A stretch of 32,000 nt of DNA from Gemmata obscuriglobus. GTDB taxonomy: Bacteria > Planctomycetota > Planctomycetia > Gemmatales > Gemmataceae. The first letter of the stretch is position 1. Each line of letters opens with the position of its first letter. The notes under the pieces were generated by a model, which ran no database searches, was not told the DNA's origin, and was given only the letters and a program-made list of their open reading frames with translations. The stretch is taken from positions 6,660,001 through 6,692,000 of the forward strand of contig NZ_CP042911.1 in the NCBI RefSeq assembly GCF_008065095.1. The letters run 5' to 3'. This document shows, in pieces, positions 18,064-29,705 of this stretch. The translations under genes and the position numbers were made by a program.

Positions 18064-18170
18064 GCCGGCGATACCTACTCTCGCGCTGGACGCACTACCA
18101 TCGGCCTCAAACGTTTCACGGCCGTGTTCGGAATGGGAACGGGTGTTTCCGTTTGGGTATGGTCACCGGC
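18064..18170 (-). rRNA. rrf: 5S ribosomal RNA
   Basis: The reverse complement is gccggtgaccatacccaaacggaaacacccgttcccattccgaacacggccgtgaaacgtttgaggccgatggtagtg...gagagtaggtatcgccggc. It has the conserved CCGAAC and GAGAGTAGG blocks and terminal pairing. Confidence 0.9.
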
Positions 18171-18267
18171 ATGGTTCGTGTCGGGTTACCCCGACGGTGT
18201 ATCGGTACAACGTGGTGAAGCGTCAAGTCGCATGTGTTCGAGACACGGGCGGTGGAGTGGGGAGTGC

Positions 18268-21015
<2,748 letters not shown>

Positions 21016-21078
21016 GCACTGCCCAGACCACCGCACCCGCCGGCAAGCGGGTACCGTTCGTCGAGCATCACCACTAGT

Positions 21079-21112
21079 GTCACCCGTGGCACCGATATGT
21101 GCCACGGGTGAC
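21079..21112 (-). other. Perfect 13-bp hairpin in the 23S leader
   Basis: gtcacccgtggca (21079-21091), loop ccgatatg, tgccacgggtgac (21100-21112). It lies about 65 nt upstream of the mature 23S 5' end. Confidence 0.5.
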
Positions 21113-21250
21113 GATTATCTCAACCACTTCTAAGGCTCGTGTCTCGTCTTGTCACTGATCGCCGCCACCCGCAACCCGCCGGACCCGACCCCGCACCCGA
21201 AGGAGCGACGCCACACCCAGACGACCCGCAAGCGGCACCGACGAAGATGC

Positions 21251-21278
21251 AACTTAACTTGCTTCACCACGTTGTCAA
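21251..21278 (-). promoter_or_regulatory. Candidate sigma70-type promoter for 23S-5S(-16S)
   Basis: The minus strand reads tcTTTGACAacgtggtgaagcaagtTAAGTT, that is TTGACA-16 nt-TAAGTT, about 240 nt upstream of 23S. There is no experimental support. Confidence 0.3.
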
Positions 21279-21780
21279 AGACCGTCTCGGCAGGAGGTCA
21301 CACCACCTGCCACTGGCCGTCTTACCGGCTTGTTGAGCCCCGTCCGCCGCTCTCGCGAGCCGCTTCCGGAACCCTAGTGATTCGGCCGCCCTGTCGAGCG
21401 ATCCGAACCAACTTTTCGCGTCGCAACTCGTTACCCGCGTTGCGTTTGCGTCACTCCGATCATCTTAGCTCGCGAGCCCCATCCGTCAACCCGTCCCATC
21501 ACTTTTCTTTCCGACTCGCGAACCAGTCTCGAACATCAAATAACTAACACGTGCGGGCATGTCTGCCCGTCACTTTCGCGGCACGATGCGTCCGCAATCG
21601 TGGGGAAGATTGAGGTATAGGGCCCCGGCAGCCGTTCGCCAAGCCCCATCTCGGAACCGGACCGGCATCACGCCGACATCCCGGCCCTGGTAGCCGACCG
21701 TTTCCGTTGGAAACGTGCTTTTGGGACCTCAAACAGGTCGCAGGAGCGGACCACCAGCAGGCCCGAGAAGCGCCTCGAAC

Positions 21781-22038
21781 GTGCAGTGTTTCTATCCGTG
21801 CAAGTGGAACGCGACTCAGACCGAAGCATGGACCTGGAACCAGGAGGCAAAGGACTTGGTTGCCTATCGAGCATCGACCCACGAGGACAATGCCATCCGC
21901 TGCCCGAGCCACGCGGACAAGAACCGGGCCTGGCGGCGGGAGCTACCAGTCGAGGAAATCCAGGCCATTGCGGACCAGCATCACAACCAGGCACGGATTC
22001 GCAGCCTCGCACAGCGGTGCCTCGATCTCGCTGCGTGA
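21781..22038 (+). CDS. Small hypothetical Cys/His-containing protein encoded between 16S copy 2 and 23S, on the opposite strand
   Basis: This is the frame of track ORF 21715..22038. The sequence VQCFYPCKWNATQTEAWTWNQEAKDLVAYRASTHEDNAIRCPSHADKNRAWRRELPVEEIQAIADQHHNQARIRSLAQRCLDLAA has protein-like composition and strong G/C preference at third positions, unlike the Arg/Pro-rich alternative frames. The start is uncertain (GTG 21715, TTG 21721 or GTG 21781). Confidence 0.45.
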   Translation: MQCFYPCKWNATQTEAWTWNQEAKDLVAYRASTHEDNAIRCPSHADKNRAWRRELPVEEIQAIADQHHNQARIRSLAQRCLDLAA

Positions 22039-22114
22039 CAGGCATAGGTTCACAGAAAACACAGGCCACAGGCGAGCCGTCGGAAGTGGCGGGAAGTGTA
22101 GAAGTGTAAGCGGC

Positions 22115-22156
22115 AAAAAGCCGCGACCCCGGTGCATTTCTGCGCCGGGGTCGCGG
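22115..22156 (-). terminator. Intrinsic terminator downstream of 16S copy 2 (between 16S and 23S)
   Basis: It has the same 12-bp stem plus cttttt as 16108-16149. Confidence 0.65.
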
Positions 22157-22255
22157 GTATATCGTTGGCAAGTGGGTGCGTGTGTTCTGTGTGAGGCGGG
22201 GTGATATGTGGTCGGTGGTGCTCGAGCCACACGACCTGTGTGTCAGTATCCTTAG

Positions 22256-23754
<1,499 letters not shown>

Positions 23755-24054
23755 AATTTTCGCACTGCCAGTCACCCGGCAGCGACTTGGTCGAGTTCAA
23801 TCCGGCCGTTGTTCGGTGTCGACTTCAGTCTTGGACCGCACCACACCGCACGCACCCCACCTCGCGGTGAAGCCCGTTCGTTGTGATTCGATCCGAGATG
23901 GAGTTAACACCCACTCAACGGCGTTAACCCACCTCAAACAGATCTCACGCACCCACTTGTCAAAGATCGAAACTAATCGGCGAGACTCAATTCAGCCGTC
24001 AGGCCTCGTCTTGTCTTCGCGTCTCATTCACCACCGCGGTGCAGTGGTAACGGA

Positions 24055-24101
24055 ATGATAAGAGCCAGGGTGGGGGGTGTCAACGCGCTGGGCAAAAAAA
24101 A
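24055..24101 (-). promoter_or_regulatory. Near-consensus sigma70-type promoter with a T-rich UP-like element, driving 16S copy 2
   Basis: The minus strand reads cattttttttgcccagcgcgTTGACAccccccaccctggctctTATCATtcc. The -35 is at 24083-24078, the spacer is 17 nt, the -10 is at 24060-24055, and a T8 run is at 24101-24094. The implied leader to mature 16S is about 295 nt. Confidence 0.55.
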
Positions 24102-24318
24102 TGGGAACGTGATCCAGAACCCTTGGCAGACAAGGGTTTAGCGTGTTCAGAAGTCGTGCCCTATCCGCCCCACTTCCGGCAGCGATGCGTGATTTGCCAC
24201 GCCACCGGCCATTCCATCGGGCTCACTAGATGGAAGTGAGCCCAGACGTTACAACGATCTTGTCCCCGCCACATGCGCGGGTCAAGCATAAAGGGCGCCC
24301 CTTCGCGGACATTTCATC

Positions 24319-25095
24319 ATGGCCACTCCACACGCACTGATCCTTCGGGCACCCGGGACCAACTGCGATCACGAGGTCCAGACCGCATTCGAGATGGTCG
24401 GCGCGCCCTCCACTCGTTTGCATCTGAACGCCCTCCGCGAGAACCCGAAGGCCCTTCGCGACCACCAGATTCTCGTGCTGCCCGGCGGGTTCTCTTACGG
24501 CGACGATGTCGGCGCCGGGAAGATTCAAGCTCTGTACCTTCAGCACTTCCTCAGCGACGCGATGCGGGAGTTCCGCGATCAGGAGAAGCTCATTCTCGGT
24601 ATCTGTAACGGCTTCCAGGTGATGCTGAAGGCCGGGCTGCTGATGCCGGTGGACGAGGAAGAAGGTCCGATTGCGACGCTTACGAATAATGACTCCGGAC
24701 ACTACGAGGATCGCTGGATTCACCTCCGGGCCACACCGGGGAAGTGCCCCTTCCTGAAGGGCGTGGAACAGATTCACCTACCCGTCGGCCACGGTGAAGG
24801 GCGGTTTATGTGTCGGAAAGAATGGATTGCGAAAGGGTTAGAGCAATCCGGTCAGGTGGTATTGCGGTACGTTGACCAACACGGAATCCGCGGCGGCTAC
24901 CCCATCAACCCGAACGGTGCCCAGGACGACATCGCCGGGATTTGTGACACCACCGGGCGAGCTTTGGGGCTAATGCCGCACCCCGACCGGCACCTTTTCC
25001 CGACCCAGCACCCGCAGTGGACGCGTCGCGGGCTGAAGTCCGAAGGTGATGGCCTCGCCATCTTCCGTAACGCGGTTGAGTTTTTCAAAGACTGA
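24319..25095 (+). CDS. purQ: Phosphoribosylformylglycinamidine synthase subunit PurQ (glutaminase)
   Basis: The sequence has LILRAPGTNCDHE, LVLPGGFSYGDD, the catalytic ILGICNGFQVM block, and LGLMPHPDR. Confidence 0.9.
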   Translation: MATPHALILRAPGTNCDHEVQTAFEMVGAPSTRLHLNALRENPKALRDHQILVLPGGFSYGDDVGAGKIQALYLQHFLSDAMREFRDQEKLILGICNGFQVMLKAGLLMPVDEEEGPIATLTNNDSGHYEDRWIHLRATPGKCPFLKGVEQIHLPVGHGEGRFMCRKEWIAKGLEQSGQVVLRYVDQHGIRGGYPINPNGAQDDIAGICDTTGRALGLMPHPDRHLFPTQHPQWTRRGLKSEGDGLAIFRNAVEFFKD

Positions 25096-25186
25096 GCCAA
25101 GCACGGTCGCGACGCATCGCCCCCCTTCCGACAAGCGGCACCGGCGGTAGTAAAGCCGACTGGCTGCCGCCCACCCTGATTAGCCG

Positions 25187-25546
25187 TCAGTCGCTCGGCT
25201 CCTGATTCTCAGCCGCACCTTCAGACGTGCGGTTGAGACGACCTCGGATCCGCTCGAACTGCGTGTACAGCCGGTCCGCCAAATCCTGGATGTGCGTCCT
25301 TCCCTTCGCCGGTCCGTTTTCGAGCTTGGCGAGTAAGGCCGGCGGAATCGCCCCTGCTCCCGCAAACGCGCCGACGAGCGAGCCGGCCATCGCCGCAACG
25401 GTTGTGAGTAAGGCGACGGCGAGCAGTGGCGCGACGGCCCAGATCATGGCAGGTCTCGGCGGATCAGCACGGGTTCTCGCTCGGATCGCGATAGAAATGA
25501 GAATACTGCTCTCAAAAACGATTGCAGCGAGCCATTGCGACCGCAA
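25187..25546 (-). CDS. Short hypothetical ORF resembling the C-terminal end of an ADP-ribosylglycohydrolase (possible gene relic)
   Basis: LLTTVAAMAGSLVGAFAGAGAIPPALLAKLEN resembles the ARH family C-terminal block (DTDT-x-AAIAG-x-L-x-GA-x-x-G-x-x-x-IP...L) but lacks the acidic residues. It is only 119 codons long. It lies directly downstream of the rpsT terminator. Confidence 0.35.
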   Translation of the reverse strand: MRSQWLAAIVFESSILISIAIRARTRADPPRPAMIWAVAPLLAVALLTTVAAMAGSLVGAFAGAGAIPPALLAKLENGPAKGRTHIQDLADRLYTQFERIRGRLNRTSEGAAENQEPSD

Positions 25547-25560
25547 ATGCAGAAAGCCCG

Positions 25561-25584
25561 CCGAACGGCGGGCTGAACGGCTAC
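25561..25584 (-). terminator. Intrinsic terminator after rpsT
   Basis: The minus strand reads agcccgcc-gttc-ggcgggct followed by ttctgcattt. Confidence 0.55.
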
Positions 25585-25601
25585 CGCGGTGACGCGGGCG
25601 T

Positions 25602-25883
25602 TTACTTCGCGGCGGGCTTGCTCGCGGCGGCCCGCTGCCGCTTAACCAAACGCGACTTCAGACGCGCGGCCTTGTTCTTGTGAATGTACCCTTTGGCGGC
25701 CATGCGATCGAGCATGATCTGGGTGTTCTTCACCTCAGTCACGACTTTTGCGGCGTCGGTGCCGGCGAGCGCAGTGGTGACTTCCTTGCGCTGGGTCTTG
25801 ATCTTCTTCGCGGCGAGCCGGTTCTGGCGGCGGCGCTTTTCGGCTTTGCGGAGGCGTTTCCACGCGCTAGCTGTGTGCGGCAT
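25602..25883 (-). CDS. rpsT: 30S ribosomal protein S20
   Basis: The sequence MPHTASAWKRLRKAEKRRRQNRLAAKKIKT...KGYIHKNKAARLKSRL is a typical bS20. Confidence 0.9.
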   Translation of the reverse strand: MPHTASAWKRLRKAEKRRRQNRLAAKKIKTQRKEVTTALAGTDAAKVVTEVKNTQIMLDRMAAKGYIHKNKAARLKSRLVKRQRAAASKPAAK

Positions 25884-25911
25884 TAAAACCCAACCCTTGG
25901 TGAATGGTTAA

Positions 25912-25937
25912 GCCCCGCGCCGTTGCCGGCGCGGGGC
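25912..25937 (-). terminator. GC hairpin after tsf (terminator-like, weak U-tract)
   Basis: gccccgcgccg-ttgc-cggcgcggggc forms an 11-bp stem 10 nt after the tsf stop. Confidence 0.4.
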
Positions 25938-25946
25938 GATTCTCGG

Positions 25947-26801
25947 TTACAGAGCCACGGCGCCGACCTTGAAGCGGACGAACCGGACCGGTTCCAGACC
26001 GGCCTTCTTCAGCGCGGCGCCCACGCTGGTGTTCGGGTACTTGCCGGAGTTGGCCATCGGCTGCTCGCTGAGGACGATTTCCGACAGCCGGGTGCGGAGC
26101 TTACCTTCCGCGATCTTTTCCAGGATGTTGGCGGGCTTGCCCGCGTTTTTCGGGTCGGCGTCCATGTCGGCCTTGACCAACCCCTTTTCCTTCTCGACCA
26201 CGTCCGCGGGGACGTCGCTCGTGACGGCGTAGGGCGGGTTGAGCGCCGCGATGTGGGCGGCCACGTCGCGGAGCAGTTCGTCGTTGGCGGTCTCGCCCTT
26301 GCACTCGATGACGACGCCGACGCTGCCGTCGTGGTGGACGTACCCGCCGTACACGCCGCCGTCGAGCTTCTGGAAGCGGTGCAACACCATCTTCTCGCGG
26401 ATCACGCCGACCACCGCCTCGATCCGCGTCTGCACGGTCCCGCCGCCGAGCGGTTCGACCAGCAGCGACGCCACGTCGGCGGTTTTGGTCGCCGCGGCCG
26501 CCTTCGCGAGGTCGGCGGTCAGCGCGACGAACTGGTCGCTCTTGGCCGACGGGGCGCTCTCGCACCGCATCTCGACGATCGCGGCGACCTTTGCGGCGTT
26601 GTCCGCGAACACGCCGATCCGGCCCTCGGCCGTTTCGTTGCCTTCCCGCTTGGCGGTCATCTTCGAGTTCTGCTTTTGCAGCCACTCGATGGCCTTCTCC
26701 ATGTCGCCGGTGCTCTCGTCGAGCGCCTGCTTGCACAGACCCATCGGCTGGTCGGTACGGTCGCGGAGTTGTTTCACCATCTGCGGGGTCACGGCCGCCA
26801 T
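25947..26801 (-). CDS. tsf: Translation elongation factor Ts
   Basis: This lies within track ORF 25947..27056. The start is the ATG at 26801 (MAAVTPQMVKQLRDRTDQPMGLCKQALDESTGDMEKAIEWL). It sits in the conserved position downstream of rpsB. Confidence 0.92.
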   Translation of the reverse strand: MAAVTPQMVKQLRDRTDQPMGLCKQALDESTGDMEKAIEWLQKQNSKMTAKREGNETAEGRIGVFADNAAKVAAIVEMRCESAPSAKSDQFVALTADLAKAAAATKTADVASLLVEPLGGGTVQTRIEAVVGVIREKMVLHRFQKLDGGVYGGYVHHDGSVGVVIECKGETANDELLRDVAAHIAALNPPYAVTSDVPADVVEKEKGLVKADMDADPKNAGKPANILEKIAEGKLRTRLSEIVLSEQPMANSGKYPNTSVGAALKKAGLEPVRFVRFKVGAVAL

Positions 26802-26829
26802 CGCTAATCTCCGAAGTTCCAAAGTCAGT

Positions 26830-26924
26830 GTTCCAAGTTCCAAGTTATCCACAAACCCAGCTAGTGTCCGCTGCCCAAACAGCGAGGCGGACGCAACCGG
26901 GGGGAACAACTCGGAACTCGGAAC
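26830..26924 (-). promoter_or_regulatory. Structured rpsB-tsf intergenic element built from GGAAC/GUUCC heptads
   Basis: In mRNA sense, gttccgagttccgagttgttcc (26924-26903) pairs with ggataacttggaacttggaac (26850-26830). The three non-Watson-Crick positions are G:U on the minus-strand RNA but A:C on the plus strand. An inner hairpin forms between gtccgc and gcggac (26866-26892). Confidence 0.45.
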
Positions 26925-26931
26925 GGTTGAA

Positions 26932-27816
26932 TCAGACCGCGCCGGCGGGGGCGGGGTTCGTGTCGGTCGGGGGCTGTTGGGGTTGCTGCCGGGGCGGCTG
27001 CGGGGCGCGCTTCGGCAAACCCTGCTGCTCCGGCGGCAGCGCCGCGCGGCCCTCAAGGCAGGCGTCGGCCAGCTTCGCGAGAACCACCTCGATCGAGCGG
27101 ATGCTGTCGTCGTTGCCCGGGATCGGCAGGTCGACGGGGTCCGGGTCCGAGTCGGTGTCGATCAGCGCGATGGTGGTGACCCCCATGCGCTTCGCTTCCT
27201 TCACCGCGATGTGTTCCTTGTTGGGGCCGACGATGACCAGCGCGTCGGGCGGCTTGATCATGTCGCGGATGCCCATCAGGTTGCGGCGGATCTTGAGCAG
27301 CTCGCGGCTCAAGGTCGAGATCATCTTCTTGGAGTGCGTCAGGATGTCGGCCGTGTCCGGCGCGAGCGCGGGGTCGAGCTTGCCCGCTTCCGTCATCATG
27401 GAGGCGATGTGCGAGTTCAGGTCGACGCGGTTCGGGTTCTCCCCTTGCGGGAGCCACATCGCTTCGAGTTCCTGGAGCCGCTTGAGGCGGTTGCGGATGG
27501 TCCGGTAGTTCGTGAGGGTGCCGCCCAGCCAGCGCTCGCTGACGAAAGGCATGCCGCAGCGCTGCGCCTCCCGCTCAACGATCTCCTTCGCCTGCCGCTT
27601 GGTGCCGACGAACATCACCAGCCCGCCCTTGCCTACCACCTGAGAGAGGTAGCGGTAGGCGCGGAGCAGCCCGCGCACGGTTTCGCGCAGGTCGATGATG
27701 TGAATCAGGTTGCGCTTGCCATAGATGTAGGGGCGCATCTTCGGGTTCCACCGGCTGGCCCGGTGACCGTAATGGACGCCCGCTTCGAGCAGCACTTTCA
27801 CGTCTACGAGAGCCAC
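26932..27816 (-). CDS. rpsB: 30S ribosomal protein S2
   Basis: This lies within track ORF 26932..28434. The GTG at 27816 is preceded by gaaggag 5 nt upstream. The sequence includes [41 protein letters not shown] and [11 protein letters not shown]. Confidence 0.92.
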   Translation of the reverse strand: MALVDVKVLLEAGVHYGHRASRWNPKMRPYIYGKRNLIHIIDLRETVRGLLRAYRYLSQVVGKGGLVMFVGTKRQAKEIVEREAQRCGMPFVSERWLGGTLTNYRTIRNRLKRLQELEAMWLPQGENPNRVDLNSHIASMMTEAGKLDPALAPDTADILTHSKKMISTLSRELLKIRRNLMGIRDMIKPPDALVIVGPNKEHIAVKEAKRMGVTTIALIDTDSDPDPVDLPIPGNDDSIRSIEVVLAKLADACLEGRAALPPEQQGLPKRAPQPPRQQPQQPPTDTNPAPAGAV

Positions 27817-27977
27817 GGGAACTCCTTCGAGGACTTCGCACCGATCACGCGAGTGTTCAGCATGACGAGCACATCCCCCAAGCCGAGGAAAGATTCGCCC
27901 CCAACACGGTTTCTGGGGCGGTACGCTTCGGGTCGGGCGCGTGGCGGTAGCCCACGTGGAACAACCCGGAAGCTCGT

Positions 27978-28006
27978 AGTATAACTGGCACAGAAATATC
28001 GTCCAA
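27978..28006 (-). promoter_or_regulatory. Candidate sigma70-type promoter for rpsB-tsf
   Basis: The minus strand reads TTGGACgatatttctgtgccagtTATACT. The -35 is at 28006-28001, the spacer is 17 nt, and the -10 is at 27983-27978. This implies a leader of about 155 nt. Confidence 0.5.
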
Positions 28007-28032
28007 TCCACTTCCGCGCTTTCCCGGGACCG

Positions 28033-28788
28033 ATGTCCGAACCACCCCAGCGACCGCGGCTCATTCCCGTCCTTGACGTGATGAACGGTGTGGTCGTGCG
28101 CGCCGTCGGCGGGGACCGCAAAAACTATCGCCCCGTCCGATCCCCACTGACCCCCAGCACGGTCCCGACGGACATCGCACAGGCACTGTTGCGAAGCGTG
28201 GGAGCAGGCGAGCTGTATGTTGCGGATCTCGACGCGATCACCGGGTCTGCCCGTGTAACCCCTTCCGTCGAAGCCCTGATGGAGGCGTGCGCGGTCCCCG
28301 TGTGGTTGGACGCCGGCACGGGACGGAGGGACGTGCTCGATTGGCCGCCACACCAGAACCTGCGCCCGGTGGTGGGCTTCGAGACGTGCCGCGTGCCCGA
28401 AGTTCTGGCGGAAGCACTGCTGGAACCGCGGCAACGGCCTGTTGCGTTTTCGCTCGATCTCCGGAACGGTCAGTTACTCGGAAACTGGCGCGCGTGGGGG
28501 TTGGCAGGTGACCGCGACGCCCTGGCCCTGACCCGCCGCGTCGTCGATATGGGTGTGCGCACGCTCATCGTGCTGGACCTCGCCCGCGTCGGCACGGGAA
28601 CCGGTGCCGGAACGGACGAATTAGTCCGTGTGATTCGTGCCGAGTTTCCCGACCTCGATCTGATCGCCGGCGGGGGCGTTCGTACCTGGTCCGACGTTGA
28701 GCGTCTGGGCAAAGCCGGCGCGACGGGTGTGTTGGTCGCGTCGGCACTGCACGAGGGAACGTTGGTTCTCCCGAGCCCTACAGCGTAA
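28033..28788 (+). CDS. HisA/HisF family (beta/alpha)8-barrel protein, stand-alone paralogue
   Basis: The sequence has [42 protein letters not shown] and [16 protein letters not shown], the phosphate-binding motifs of the HisA/HisF fold. No other his genes are nearby. Confidence 0.75.
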   Translation: MSEPPQRPRLIPVLDVMNGVVVRAVGGDRKNYRPVRSPLTPSTVPTDIAQALLRSVGAGELYVADLDAITGSARVTPSVEALMEACAVPVWLDAGTGRRDVLDWPPHQNLRPVVGFETCRVPEVLAEALLEPRQRPVAFSLDLRNGQLLGNWRAWGLAGDRDALALTRRVVDMGVRTLIVLDLARVGTGTGAGTDELVRVIRAEFPDLDLIAGGGVRTWSDVERLGKAGATGVLVASALHEGTLVLPSPTA

Positions 28789-28790
28789 CT

Positions 28791-29084
28791 CTACCGGGCA
28801 TCTTCGGAAGTACTGACGTGATGCCACGCAACGCGGCTGGCATCGTACTGAGTCGGGATATCGGCTTTCGCTTCTTCCTCGTCGTCGTGATCCATGTCCT
28901 GCACCACTTCCCAATGTTTGTTGCAGGTGAACCGGTACCAGCGCCCACCATCATATCGGCACACCGCAAACCCGTAGACGAAACGGTTATCCCCTTCGGC
29001 CCCGGGCAGTTGACCGAAAGGAACGTCCCCGGCCCATGCCCACCACAGTACACGTGCGCCGTCGAGCAAAGGCGGAGGGGACAT
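28791..29084 (-). CDS. Small hypothetical protein with an acidic tail
   Basis: The sequence is MSPPPLLDGARVLWWAWAGDVPFGQLPGAEGDNRFVYGFAVCRYDGGRWYRFTCNKHWEVVQDMDHDDEEEAK.... The composition is protein-like. Its start lies 7 nt after the stop of the upstream GNAT gene. Confidence 0.5.
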   Translation of the reverse strand: MSPPPLLDGARVLWWAWAGDVPFGQLPGAEGDNRFVYGFAVCRYDGGRWYRFTCNKHWEVVQDMDHDDEEEAKADIPTQYDASRVAWHHVSTSEDAR

Positions 29085-29090
29085 GGGTGC

Positions 29091-29558
29091 TCACTCCGCC
29101 AGTTTCGTGAGCGCGGCGTCGGTGAGGCGGTAGACGGTCCATTCGTGCATCGGTACCGCACCGAGCGACTTGTAGAACTGGATCGACGGCTCGTTCCAGT
29201 TCAGCACCGACCACTCCACCCGGGCGCAGTCGCGCGCGACGGCCAGTTTCGCGAGCGCGACCAGCAGCGCCTTGCCGTGCCCCCGCCCGCGGGCCTCGGG
29301 GACCACAAACAGGTCTTCCAGGTAGATGCCGGGTTTGCCGCGGAACGTCGAGTAGTTGTGGAAGAACAGCGCGAACCCCACCACCGCACCGGCGTCCTCG
29401 GCAAGTAACACCTCGGCGTATGGGCGCGGGCCGAACAGGTGCGCGTGGAGATCGGCTTCGCTCAGTGTGACCGCGTGGGCGAGCTTTTCGTACTCGGCGA
29501 GCCCACGGATCAGATTCACAATCGTGGGTAAGTCGGCGGGAGTGGCGGAACGGATCAT
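29091..29558 (-). CDS. GNAT family N-acetyltransferase (diamine/SSAT-like)
   Basis: The start is the ATG at 29558 (MIRSATPADLPTIVNLIRGLAEYEKL). The sequence includes GFALFFHNYSTFRGKPGIYLEDLFVVPEARGRGHGKALL and VLNWNEPSIQFYKSLGA. Confidence 0.85.
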   Translation of the reverse strand: MIRSATPADLPTIVNLIRGLAEYEKLAHAVTLSEADLHAHLFGPRPYAEVLLAEDAGAVVGFALFFHNYSTFRGKPGIYLEDLFVVPEARGRGHGKALLVALAKLAVARDCARVEWSVLNWNEPSIQFYKSLGAVPMHEWTVYRLTDAALTKLAE

Positions 29559-29640
29559 GGATACCTTTCTGGGACGCGGGTCTCCGGCCCACTGAACTAC
29601 CGCGGTGCGTATATCGAGTGTTCGTCCACCGAACAACGTG

Positions 29641-29670
29641 CCCGAAGAAACAGGCGCGGAGGCCCGCGCG
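29641..29670 (-). terminator. Short hairpin plus T-rich tail after the 29706 gene
   Basis: The minus strand reads gcgcgg-gcct-ccgcgc followed by ctgtttcttc. Confidence 0.3.
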
Positions 29671-29705
29671 CGAGTTCAAGAGGGCGAGCCCGCTGAGTGA
29701 AGTCG

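Noticed and set aside
28791-29558. GNAT plus small ORF considered as a GNAT-toxin/antitoxin (TacT/AtaT-like) pair
   Set aside because: The GNAT has clear diamine/SSAT-type motifs, not tRNA-acetylating toxin features. The gene order is reversed relative to known GNAT-RHH modules, where the antitoxin comes first. The small protein shows no RHH/DUF1778-like N-terminus.
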